Part shown: positions 1 to 9,898 of the stretch, one piece after another | How positions within the stretch are numbered: position 1 is the first letter of the stretch | Layout of the letters: each line of letters begins with the position of its first letter | Source: Utricularia gibba | Lineage: Eukaryota; Plantae; Magnoliophyta | Assembly: GCA_002189035.1 (NCBI GenBank) | Contig: NEEC01000010.1 | Location: 2,294,001 to 2,358,000 of the forward strand | Length of the DNA: 64,000 bases | Direction: 5' to 3' | Notes under the pieces: generated by a model | The model's input: the letters and a program-made list of their open reading frames with translations, nothing else | Told to the model about the DNA's origin: nothing | Database searches by the model: none | Position numbers and translations under genes: made by a program

Positions 1-633
1 CTCCGTTCAAATCGCCGTTGGATGAGGCGATCCTCGTAAACCAGCCGAGCTAAAGTTGTTTTTCCGATCCCTCCCATCCCAACGATGGGAATCACCTCAC
101 GGCTTTTTACGTGACTAGCAATCAGCTCATCCTTATCCAAGAGAGGTGGCTTTCGAATCCGACCACTTTTGGCCGACAATTTTCGGTAAATGAGGTTGAG
201 CGATTTGATTTCAGAGATCGTTGGCTTACCGGGGTGGATTCCAAATTACACCCAGCAGTAGTTACCTTGCAGCTTAACGACTCTAGATCTCGAATAACTT
301 TATCATATCCTCAGTGGAAGCCGCAGACGGCCATTCATCGCCTTCATCCGTAACATCCTCCGCTCTGAGAATTTGATTCACCAAGTACCTGTCTAGAACC
401 TCAGATGCCGCAATGACTGAATCACGAATGTCAAGGGCGATTTGCTCCATCCGTGGATCATCCGGTCCCCGCGGGAGACTTTCGAGAAATTCCAGGAAAT
501 AAAGAGCCTGCCCTTCCAACTCCTCTATCCGCTCCGGATCTATAGAATTAAGCTTGTACTTGTAGCGAAGCTTCAAGGTTTCCAGAAGCTGCAAGAGGGT
601 GAGCAGGGGAATGTAGGCCGAAACAGCAGCCAT
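1..633 (-). pseudogene. 5' part of CC-NB-ARC-LRR (R1-like) paralog with two 1-bp deletions; continues beyond the window start
   Basis: ATG at 633 (MAAVSAYIPLL...). Collinear with 8624-9257 through the P-loop GMGGIGKTT. One base missing near 298 (ATG ATA AAG TTA TTC GAG ATC TAG versus MINVIQD in the intact copy) and one near 134 (TGGATAAGG versus TGGATGAAGG). Confidence 0.75.
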
Positions 634-920
634 AAGATTAATGGCGAGACGGCAGTATTCCGGTACTTCTAAAAAGAGAGAAAACAAAGGTCGTCGATCG
701 GGACAAGATCTGCAAGCAAAGGAAGACCATACAAACTTTTCTTGTTTGATCCACACGGGAAAGGAAGAGAGGCAAACCTGTCAACATTCACGGCATGACA
801 AATAATTGCAAGCTCGACGGAGTGCCGCAGACAGGGAGCAGTGTTGGTGGATGAGGCTGTTTCGTACGCTCATTTGCACGCGGCTCCTGATTTTGATGGA
901 TCATGGGTAGGTAATTTGTA
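634..920 (-). repeat. Duplicated NLR upstream/promoter block, paralogous to ~9258-9560
   Basis: Shared strings such as gtcaacattcacggcatgacaaataattgcaa, ggtggatgaggctgtttcgtac and gcacgcggctc. Further AT-rich matches at ~1300-1405 versus ~9665-9785. Confidence 0.85.
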
Positions 921-1843
921 ACCATATTCATAATAAAATATAAAAAATATATATTTTTCGATGACAATGAATATAACGTATTATTAAAATAATGATAATT
1001 ATAATGTTAAACTGCTTTAATTGTGTGAGATTTTATGACTAATATATAAAAATATTTAAAGAAAATTAGTTTATATAAAAATGAAGAATTTAATAAAACT
1101 TAAATATATTTTTGAAAAATAATTTTCAGAAAGATAATTAATTATCTTATATTCGATAAAAGTAAATATAAAAATCATCAAATACAACTATAATAAAATT
1201 AATAGGGTGAAATTTTTCACAAAATAAGTTGTAATAGTACTTTATGAATCATGGAAGCATATCTAATTCGTTGCATGTTATAGAAAAATGTATATAATGA
1301 ATTGTTTTTCAAATTTTATAACTATAACTAGTTATATTTAGCTATTTTAATTGAAAAAATTTAAAACAATTATTATTGTACATTGATTAAAATGTGTTAT
1401 TTTATCTGATAATATATATTTTATTGATATTTTTAAGTCATAAAATTAGTATGTTTAATAATAAAATTATATATTTTAATTATAATTTTTAATATTTTTT
1501 AATTGTATTATTATTTGTATTTTATGTATAATATAGTTTAAATTGATGATTTAATTTATATTGTGATTTACAATATTTTTAAAATATTACTAACAACTCT
1601 ATAGATAAAATTTAACTAATTTATAAGAACAAGTCCATGAATACAAGATACAAGAATGAAATATGATTGATATTCAATTGTTTACAATCGATAAGTATCA
1701 AGAACAGTATAATAATTTTAAAAAATAGAAAAAATGAGACAAAATCCTAAAAGGAGAGTGAGAAAGTAAAAATAAGATTACTTTTTAGAGGAAAAATCTC
1801 CAAATTCACCCTTTAAGTTTGCACACCACATAGGAGCAAAATT

Positions 1844-2173
1844 GAGGAAAATTCTATGAATAACTGTGTTTTGGGGAATTCATTCCCACTTCTAACTATT
1901 TTTGTCTTTTAGTGTAAATAATACTTTTAATTATTACTTTTTCTACCTCAACTTTATTAATGTTTCTCATATTGACTCATAATTTTACATTTTTTTACCA
2001 AATCTTTCCATATTAATTAGTTTATTACCTTTTTACCCATTTTTTTATTTTATTCCTTCTACCCTACCCAATCCCTTCGCGCTTACGTTGCCACCTGCTT
2101 CTCTTTCACTTCCCCCTTTGTTTTCTTCACATCTCTCGGCAATAAAAATCCATCTTTTCACATTTTTTACCAA
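1844..2173. repeat. MULE left terminal inverted repeat (~330 bp)
   Basis: Reverse complement aligns along its length to 5719-6058 (e.g. cgttgccacctgcttctctttcactt / aagtgaaagagaagtaggtggcaacg). Confidence 0.9.
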
Positions 2174-2343
2174 TGTTGGGTCATTAAATCTTTAAATCAT
2201 GTTTGTTGAATCTCTTTTTTTACTATCTCAAATTTTGTTTACGTAACTGTCTGAATAGATATGATTTGAAGGCTATGAAATCTGTTTGTTTTTAAAACTT
2301 CAATTTAAATGGATGCTACAATGGCCACGGCAAAGATGTTTTT

Positions 2344-2364
2344 GGGGGGGGGGGGGGGGGGGGG
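2344..2364. repeat. Poly-G run (21 nt) inside the MULE
   Basis: Direct count of the G run. Confidence 0.9.
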
Positions 2365-2999
2365 AATTATTAGTTCAAATGAAATGGTATATTATGATAC
2401 GCCCCCTAAATATGTGATACAGTTGCCGAGAGATGTGAGAGCTTCCTATCTTTGCTCCACTATTTGCTCATTTATGCAATTACCAAGTATTATTAATTGT
2501 ATCAATGTTTATGTGAATTATATTGACTTGGATGAAAGTGGTGGAATAAAATGGTTTTATCATCCATTAGTTTTCAATGACAGTTATTTAACATCATTTT
2601 TTCAACAAAATCGTTTGTTAGAGAATATTGATTTTTATATCATTTCTAAACCATCGTTTACCAGTTTATTAATAAGCTTAAATATAGAAGAAGCAGGTAC
2701 TACTTATGCTCTTACTATGATTTTATGGTTTCAAAATTGAAACTATTGCACTATAATGTTTAGATAAATGATATAAAACATTTGCTTTTCTTTGCATTGA
2801 AAAGTTGAAATGGAAGGTGTATAGGGCGATGGTGTTGATCCAAATGGAGAGAGAAATAATAGAGACTATAATACAAATTATGGTATGTTTATAAAATTTA
2901 TTTTATTTTAACATATGATATATTTTGCTGATTTTTGTACTTTAATATAATTTTGTTTATGTAGAGCTTGAGGGTTTATCTATTGATGGCAACGGTACA

Positions 3000-4864
3000 A
3001 TGTTTAATCAATATATTAGTGATGATGATCTTGATTTAGAATTTGATGTTCACATAAGCGAGTATGAGGGGCCAGATTCAGTTAATGAGGATGACATTTT
3101 ATGGGATAGTGACAAAGCCTCTGATTGTGATAATGAAATTGAGTGTGAAGCAGATATACTTACTGATCCATCACCTACCGTTGATTCTTTTGTGAAATCT
3201 ACTAGATGGATTATTTTGATGGGCGTGCTGGTAAACCTCACAAAAAGCATATTTCAAGAATAAAGAACAAATGAAAGAAGCTTTATCTTTTTATGTAGTC
3301 CATATCTTGAAGCATCCCTTTCTTGTCTACAAAAGTAGTAATTTGGAATATGAAGTTCGTTGTTGTCAAAAAAAGACTGATGTGAAATGCATGTGGAGAG
3401 TTAGAGTGATATACAAGGTTACACAATTTTGGACAATAAGCATGTATCTTCACATTTGCTTTACTAGAAATACACGATCACACTTCATTTTAGAAGTTAT
3501 TATTGACCAAATCAGAAAAGATCCTGTACCCTGTGGTTGATGTGACGTCGACGATAGAACGTCAATTTCATTTTGAAGTTACGTATAAGAAAGCTTTGCT
3601 TGCTATTAGACATGCAATAAAGAAGTTATATGGTATATGAGAAACTTCAGTTTTCCAATTACCATTATATCTAGCAGAGATCAAGAAAGCAAATCCAGGT
3701 AAAACATTTGTATGCATAATGTGTTTTTAATTCTATTTAAAAAAATTTATTTAGATGATTTGATACCTTTTGTTTTTAACTTATAGGTACTATTGTGAAA
3801 TATCAATATTACAATTGTGATGATGGTAATCACATGCTGCATTATGTATTTTTCACATTTGCACCTTGCAGAGCTGTTTTCGAACATTGTTGTCCTATTA
3901 TTAGTGTTGATGCTACACATTTGTATGCAAAATATCGACACAAGCTCCTTGTTGCTTGTACAAAAAATGGTGATAATGTTATAATTCCGTTGACATTTGC
4001 TATTGTTGAGGAGGAGTCCCATGACTCTTGGCTTTGGTTTTTTGAACATGTAGTTCGATATGTTATGATACAGATGCGTAAAACTTGTCTTATATCAGAT
4101 CGACATAGTGGCTTGTGTTCTGCAGTTAAATGTATTCCAGCATTTAATGAACTGGAGGGTGCTCATCGCTATTGTCTACAACATTTATGTTCGAACTTCC
4201 GAAGTAAGTATAGATCAAACTCCCTATGTGACTTGTTTTGGGCAGCAGCATTAGCATCACAGAAATCAAAGTTCAAGACCTTCATGAGTAAGATTAAAGA
4301 TCAAAATGAGGAAGCATATGAATATCTTGCTAGAATACCTCCAAAAAAGTGGACTTTTGCATATGATAAAGATTATAGGTGAAAAATGTGTATATGTTTG
4401 AATTTAAATTTATGAGATTGGTTTCTAACATTTGTCTTTTTTATATTCTTTAGATGCGGTGTACAAAGCACAGCATAGTTATGTAAGAGTCTATGAATAA
4501 TGTGTTGTGTGAAGCACGATGGCTTCCTATCAAAGCTCTAGTTGAAGCTATTTTTTAGCAATGCGTTTTGATTTTTATCCGAAATAGAAAGAAAGTGAAG
4601 TCATTAATCAAGAAAGGTCAGAATCTTTCTACTTACAGCATTGAGACCTATCGAAAATGGGATGAAAATTCAACTACTCATATGGTAAAGGAATATAATG
4701 AAGAAGAGCAGATAGCAGTTGTGATACCAAGAAGCAAATGTAAGCGAGATACTGCAACTTATACAATTTGTTTGAAAATGAAGACATGCACTTGTGGAAA
4801 ATGGATGCAATATTTGATTCCGTGTTTACATGCTATTCAGGTTCAATTTTTACTTCTAGTATAA
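3000..4864 (+). pseudogene. MuDR-family transposase, fragmented
   Basis: ORF pieces show a MuDR DBD-like segment (YEVRCC...CMWRV), the MULE catalytic domain (IISVDATHL, CLISDRHSGL, HRYCLQH) and a SWIM finger (CTCGKW...IPCLHAI). Stops/frameshifts around 4455-4500, where the third catalytic residue is expected. Confidence 0.85.
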
Positions 4865-5718
4865 TATGTTTAGATTAATTTAATCAACTATTTATTATGT
4901 TTTCTTAGGTTTTCAAAAAATACGGTGGAGATACAAGGGAGCATATTTCTCATTATTATCTAACAAGGACACTTGCAATGGTATACTTCAAGCAATTCAA
5001 GCCCCCCGTACCCGAGGACAAATGGGGACCTACAGCTTTTTACCTTGTTCATAACCCTGCATGTTTTGTGAAGAAAAAAAAGGGAGATCGTGATCGGATA
5101 ACACCATATGCAAGCTACATGGATAGAAAACATCGAAAGAAAAGAGTTCAGATATAGACTCATATGTGGTGAATTTTATGGAAATATAAGGTACATGTAA
5201 TAGAATTATGGCAGTGTTTTTCTAATTGAAATATTTTAATATGCATGATGATCTAATATTTTTTGCTGAAAATTGATCTTTAAATTTCTATTATATTGAA
5301 GGGTTTAGTTTGTGGATTATATTATTGATTGTTAGAAGTTTTAATAATTTGTTACGTTCGAAATTGTTTGGTTTTAATAACATGATGTTTTGCATATTCT
5401 ATTGTAAATATGATTATATGAATTTTAATAGTATATAATAAATTATAAAATTTGAAACTTCATTTATTATCTTATTTTCTAAAATAAAAATTACAAATTA
5501 TTCTTCACATAAGTGCTATTACAATATTATTATTTGTAAGTAATTATGTAATTATGAATAATTATTAGTTGCATATATTAATTATATTTTATAATATAAT
5601 ATTATCAATTTTATAAAGAAAAGAGGGAAAATCTAAAAAGCCGGGAGGAATTGGGTAAGGTTGAAAGAATAAAATAAAAAATGAGTACAAAATAATAAAA
5701 TAATGAATATGGTAAGAT

Positions 5719-6058
5719 TTGGTAAAAAATATGAAAAGATAGATTTTTATTGTCGAGAGATGTGAAGCAAACAAAGAGGAGAAGTGAAAGAGAAGTAGGT
5801 GGCAACGTGAAGGAAGCACGACCCGGAGGGATTGGATAGGGTAGAAAAAATAAAATAAAATAATAGATAAAAAAGTAATAAACTAATTAATATGAGAAGA
5901 TTTGGTAAAAAAATGAAAAAATATGAGTCAATATGAAAAACATTAATAAAATTGAGGTAGAAAAAGTAATAACTAAAAGTATTATTTACACTAAAAGATA
6001 AAAATAGTTAAAAGTAGGAATGAATTCTCCAAAACACAGTTATTCATGGAGTTTTCCC
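5719..6058. repeat. MULE right terminal inverted repeat; a partial subterminal duplicate lies at ~5615-5735
   Basis: Inverted match to 1844-2173. 5615-5735 resembles 5805-5920. Confidence 0.9.
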
Positions 6059-6584
6059 AACAAAACCGTCATCTTCTTCTTCTCCATTATGGAATTCTTC
6101 TTCTTCATCATCCTCGTCTTCTTTCTCTTCATCACCATCTTCTCCTTCCTCTTCTCCATTATGGAATTCTTCTTCTTCGTCACCTCCATCGTCTTCTTCT
6201 TCTGGCCATCCAAATCAATGGTTATACAGAGTTGGTAATTTCCTGATCTCCCTTGATGCTTCAGTATCCCCTTTCTGGAGTGCTCAATGTCTTCCAAGTT
6301 AACTACCTTGCTCATTGAATCCTCCGATGTACAGAAACAGAGGCCTCAGGCGAATAGGCAAGTAGTCATGACTCCAGCTCAGTACCCTTCTGCTGTACTC
6401 ACTGTCTTCCAAGTTAACCAAAGATGCCACATCTTTGGAACCCAGAAACTGTGGTCCAGTACTCACATGACTTGGAGAGCAACCCAGAACTTGTGGTGAT
6501 TGCCAGAGGGAGCCCTGTGCAAGTCTCTGATATTTCCTTTCCAAGAGTCTCCAGCTTATTAAACATACCACCGATCATCACACA
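6059..6584 (-). pseudogene. Internally deleted NLR relic (GLPL to RNBS-D region fused to the acidic tail); its distal end lies at ~1795-1843
   Basis: 6320-6575 is homologous to 8030-8310 (GLPLAITT, SKDVASLVNLED). 6060-6270 is homologous to 6770-6980 (RSGNYQL...acidic repeats). caccctttaagtttgc occurs at 1807 and 6746. Confidence 0.85.
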
Positions 6585-9257
6585 TCAGTTGTTGCCACCA
6601 ACCTCCTCTTCAAGATCATAGATCTCCACCTTACTCCTTAACTTTGCCCATATTCGAGCAAAACTCCCCTCCCCCTTCTCGTCTTCTTCTTCTTCTCCGT
6701 CATGGTGTTCCCCTTCTTCATCATCATCATCCCCATCTTCCTCTTCACCCTTTAAGTTTGCCCACATTCGGGCAAAACTATCATCATTATCTTCCTCTTC
6801 TTCATCATCGTCGTCCCCGTCTTCCTCTTCATTCCCATCGTCGTCTTCCTCTTCTCCGTCATTGTAGTCTTCTTCTTCTTCTTCTTCATCTCCATCCTCT
6901 TCTTCTTCATCCTGGTCTTCCAAATCAATGGTTAGACGGAGTTGGTAATTTCCTGATCTCCGTTGCTGCTTCAGTATCCACTTCGCTCTCTCAACAACAT
7001 CGTTGTGACAATCAGTCAATTGAATTTCTGTCAAAGTGTCGATATTTTTCAAACCTCGTGGGATCTCATGCAAACCCCACACCTCAAGAATCTCTAGCTG
7101 GGGGAAGTGAATATCCGACCCCTTTCGCCAGTACTTGCACAGCTTAATGATTTCCAAAGATTTCAATCTGCGAAATCCACCTTCAATCGGCGTCCACCCA
7201 CGACCAAGATATTTACTACTGTAGCTGGACACCTCCAGTGCTTCAAGATTAGGCAATGCCCCAAATCCATTCACTTGGCTGCAACTGATTCGGCAATCAC
7301 GCAAACGCAGCACTTTCAGTGACTCCGGGAAACTAAGATGCTCAATATCCCGCGCATTAACCAACATTAGACTCTCTAATTGTGAGGGGAGTGCCACATT
7401 GTTTAAATCTCTTGAGCCGCCTAGAGATAGATGCTTCACATTCGGCATTGCATCAGCCATCTCTCTCGTACACTCATCAGATTTAAGTTCACGAAGGCGC
7501 TCAAAAACAGTGGAGAGTTTCCTTTCATTCACAGGAAAGCTATTGGTCCACAGCTCCAGTGATGAAAGCTGCGGCCAGCTCCATATTTCAGAAACAAGGA
7601 ACTCCATCCCCGTAGCTTGTGTATCATCGAATTTCTGCATGTTCCATAACGCAGAACCAAGTGAAGAAGCCTCCTCGCTCTTATCAGATTTACTACAGCT
7701 TCCACATAACTGGATATCACGCACAAGATAACATGATCCTTTCGAATTCAGGGTGCACTTGGTGCACCTACCCACCAGATCAGAAAACAGTTTTCTGGTG
7801 CTGATCTCTTTCAAGCAAAGATCCCGCAAAAGATCGTGTATCCCCAGATTGATTATTTGCCCAATCTCTTCCCAGGTTCGAATAAAAATTAAGTTTGTAT
7901 GAATAAGCTCGATCGTGTACTCCAATGCAGCCTCTTCGATTCGTCTGCCTTGTATTGGTCTCACAAGCGCAAAGGCAACCAGTGCATTAATCAAATCATC
8001 CAACAGAATGAAAACGTCTTCCTCATAGAATCCTCCGATGTACAGAAACAGGGGCTTGAGGCGAAGAGGCAAGTAGTCGTAACTCAAGCTCAGAGCCCTT
8101 CTGCTGTATTCATTGTCTTCCAAGTTAACCAAAGACGCCACATCTTTCGAAACGCTGCTCCAGTACTCACATGTCTTGTCCGACCTGGAGAGCAACCCAG
8201 CAATGGTGGTGATTGCAAGAGGGTGCCCTCTGCAATTTTCCACTATTTCCTTTCCATAGGCCTCGAGCTCAGTAGGGCAGCACATGCTGCCGAACACTCG
8301 ATCACAAAACAATTCCCAGCTTTTTTCTGGATCAAGAAAGTCGACATTGTAAGCCTTGGATGATCCTAAACCAGCAGCAAGTTGCCAGTCTCTTGTCGTC
8401 ACGATAACTCGACTTCCCTGGTTATCGTCGGGAAGATATTGTCTCAAAGCCTCCCATGCTTTCAGATCCCACATATCATCCAACACAATCAAATACCTGA
8501 AACCTTTTAAACTTTGATACAGATCGGTTCCCAAATCCCTAATGCTGTCACAACCTAAGCCTCCCAGAATACCTTGGAGTATTCGCAGCAAATCGTATTC
8601 TTGTGATACCGTAACCCAATAGCTCCGTTCAAATCGCCGTTGGATGAGGCGATCCTCGTAAACCAGCCGAGCTAAAGTTGTTTTTCCGATCCCTCCCATC
8701 CCAACGATGGGAATCACCTCACGGCTTTTTACGTGACTAGCAATCAGCTCATCCTTCATCCAAGAGAAGTGCCGTTCGAATCCGACCACTTTTGGCAGAC
8801 AATTTTTGGTAAATGAGGTTGAGCGATTTGATTTCAGAGATCGTTGGCTTACCGGGGTGGATTCCAAATTACACCCAGCAGTAGTTACCGTGCATCGGGC
8901 CGCCTCTAGATCTTGAATAACGTTTATCATATCCTCAGTGGAAGCCGCCGACGGCCATTTATCGCCTTCATCCGTAACATCCTCCGCTCTGGGAATTCGA
9001 TTCACCAAATGCCTGTCTAGAACCTCAGATGCCGCAATGACTAAATCACGAATGTCAAGGGCGATTTGCTCCATCCGCGGATCATCGGGTCCCGGCGGGA
9101 GACTTTCGAGAAATTCCACGAAATAAAGAGCCTGCCCTTCCAACTCCTCTATCCGCTCCGGATCTGCAGAAATAAGCTTGTACTTGTAGCGAAGCTTCAA
9201 GGTTTCCAGAAGCTGCAAGAGGGTGAGCAGGGAAATGTAGGCGGAAACAACAGCCAT
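6585..9257 (-). CDS. CC-NB-ARC-LRR resistance protein (R1A/R1B-like), 890 aa, single exon, acidic C-terminal tail
   Basis: P-loop GMGGIGKTT, kinase-2 YLIVLDDMW, RNBS-B GSRVIVTTR, GLPL variant GHPL, MHD variant IHD, degenerate LRRs. Confidence 0.93.
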   Translation of the reverse strand: MAVVSAYISLLTLLQLLETLKLRYKYKLISADPERIEELEGQALYFVEFLESLPPGPDDPRMEQIALDIRDLVIAASEVLDRHLVNRIPRAEDVTDEGDKWPSAASTEDMINVIQDLEAARCTVTTAGCNLESTPVSQRSLKSNRSTSFTKNCLPKVVGFERHFSWMKDELIASHVKSREVIPIVGMGGIGKTTLARLVYEDRLIQRRFERSYWVTVSQEYDLLRILQGILGGLGCDSIRDLGTDLYQSLKGFRYLIVLDDMWDLKAWEALRQYLPDDNQGSRVIVTTRDWQLAAGLGSSKAYNVDFLDPEKSWELFCDRVFGSMCCPTELEAYGKEIVENCRGHPLAITTIAGLLSRSDKTCEYWSSVSKDVASLVNLEDNEYSRRALSLSYDYLPLRLKPLFLYIGGFYEEDVFILLDDLINALVAFALVRPIQGRRIEEAALEYTIELIHTNLIFIRTWEEIGQIINLGIHDLLRDLCLKEISTRKLFSDLVGRCTKCTLNSKGSCYLVRDIQLCGSCSKSDKSEEASSLGSALWNMQKFDDTQATGMEFLVSEIWSWPQLSSLELWTNSFPVNERKLSTVFERLRELKSDECTREMADAMPNVKHLSLGGSRDLNNVALPSQLESLMLVNARDIEHLSFPESLKVLRLRDCRISCSQVNGFGALPNLEALEVSSYSSKYLGRGWTPIEGGFRRLKSLEIIKLCKYWRKGSDIHFPQLEILEVWGLHEIPRGLKNIDTLTEIQLTDCHNDVVERAKWILKQQRRSGNYQLRLTIDLEDQDEEEEDGDEEEEEEDYNDGEEEDDDGNEEEDGDDDDEEEEDNDDSFARMWANLKGEEEDGDDDDEEGEHHDGEEEEDEKGEGSFARIWAKLRSKVEIYDLEEEVGGNN

Positions 9258-9898
9258 AACCTTAATGACGAGATGGCAGTATTCCGGAATCCGGTACTCT
9301 TAAAAAAGAGGGAAAACAAAGGTCGTCGACGCCAACTTTTCCTGTTTGCACGACCTGCAAGCAAAGGAAGACCATACAAACTTTTCTTGTTTGATCCACA
9401 AGGGAAGGGAAGAGAGACAAACTAGTCAACATTCACGGCATGACAAATAATTGCAATCTCGACGGAGTGCCGCCGACGGGCAGCACTTTTGGTGGATGAG
9501 GCTGTTTCGTACGGTCATGTGCACGCGGCTCGTGGTTTTGATTGAACATGGTTTATTAATTTGTAACCTTATTTATAACATAATATTAAAAAATATTTTT
9601 TTCAATGGCAAAGAATATTAAATATTATTAAAAAATGAAAATTATTTGATAATTATACATAATAAATTGTTTCGAAAATTTTATAGTTATAACTAGTTTT
9701 ATTAAAAAAAGTTTACTGGTAAAAAAAAATATAGTACTACATATCAATCATTATTGTGCATATAATTAAAATGTGTTATTTTATCATAATGTAATCTTTG
9801 ATGTTCTACTGAACATGTCCAGAACAAATGAAAGTTAGTAGGAATGTGAATGTGAATTTGAATTTGAATTTGGAAGAATTTCATGTAAATATTGCAAG

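Larger units (their letters stand above)
1844..6058 (+). mobile_element. Mutator-like (MULE/MuDR) DNA transposon, decayed
   Basis: Long TIRs 1844-2173 and 5719-6058 (gaggaaaattctatgaataactgtgttttgg versus ccaaaacacagttattcatggagttttccc). Degenerate 9-bp TSD agcaaaatt (1835-1843) / aacaaaacc (6059-6067). Transposase fragments inside. Confidence 0.92.

Noticed and set aside
6020-6315. Phe-rich and Lys/Met-rich ORFs (also 58263-58529, 6644-7147)
   Set aside because: Alternative-frame readings of the GAA/GAT repeats in the NLR acidic tails.
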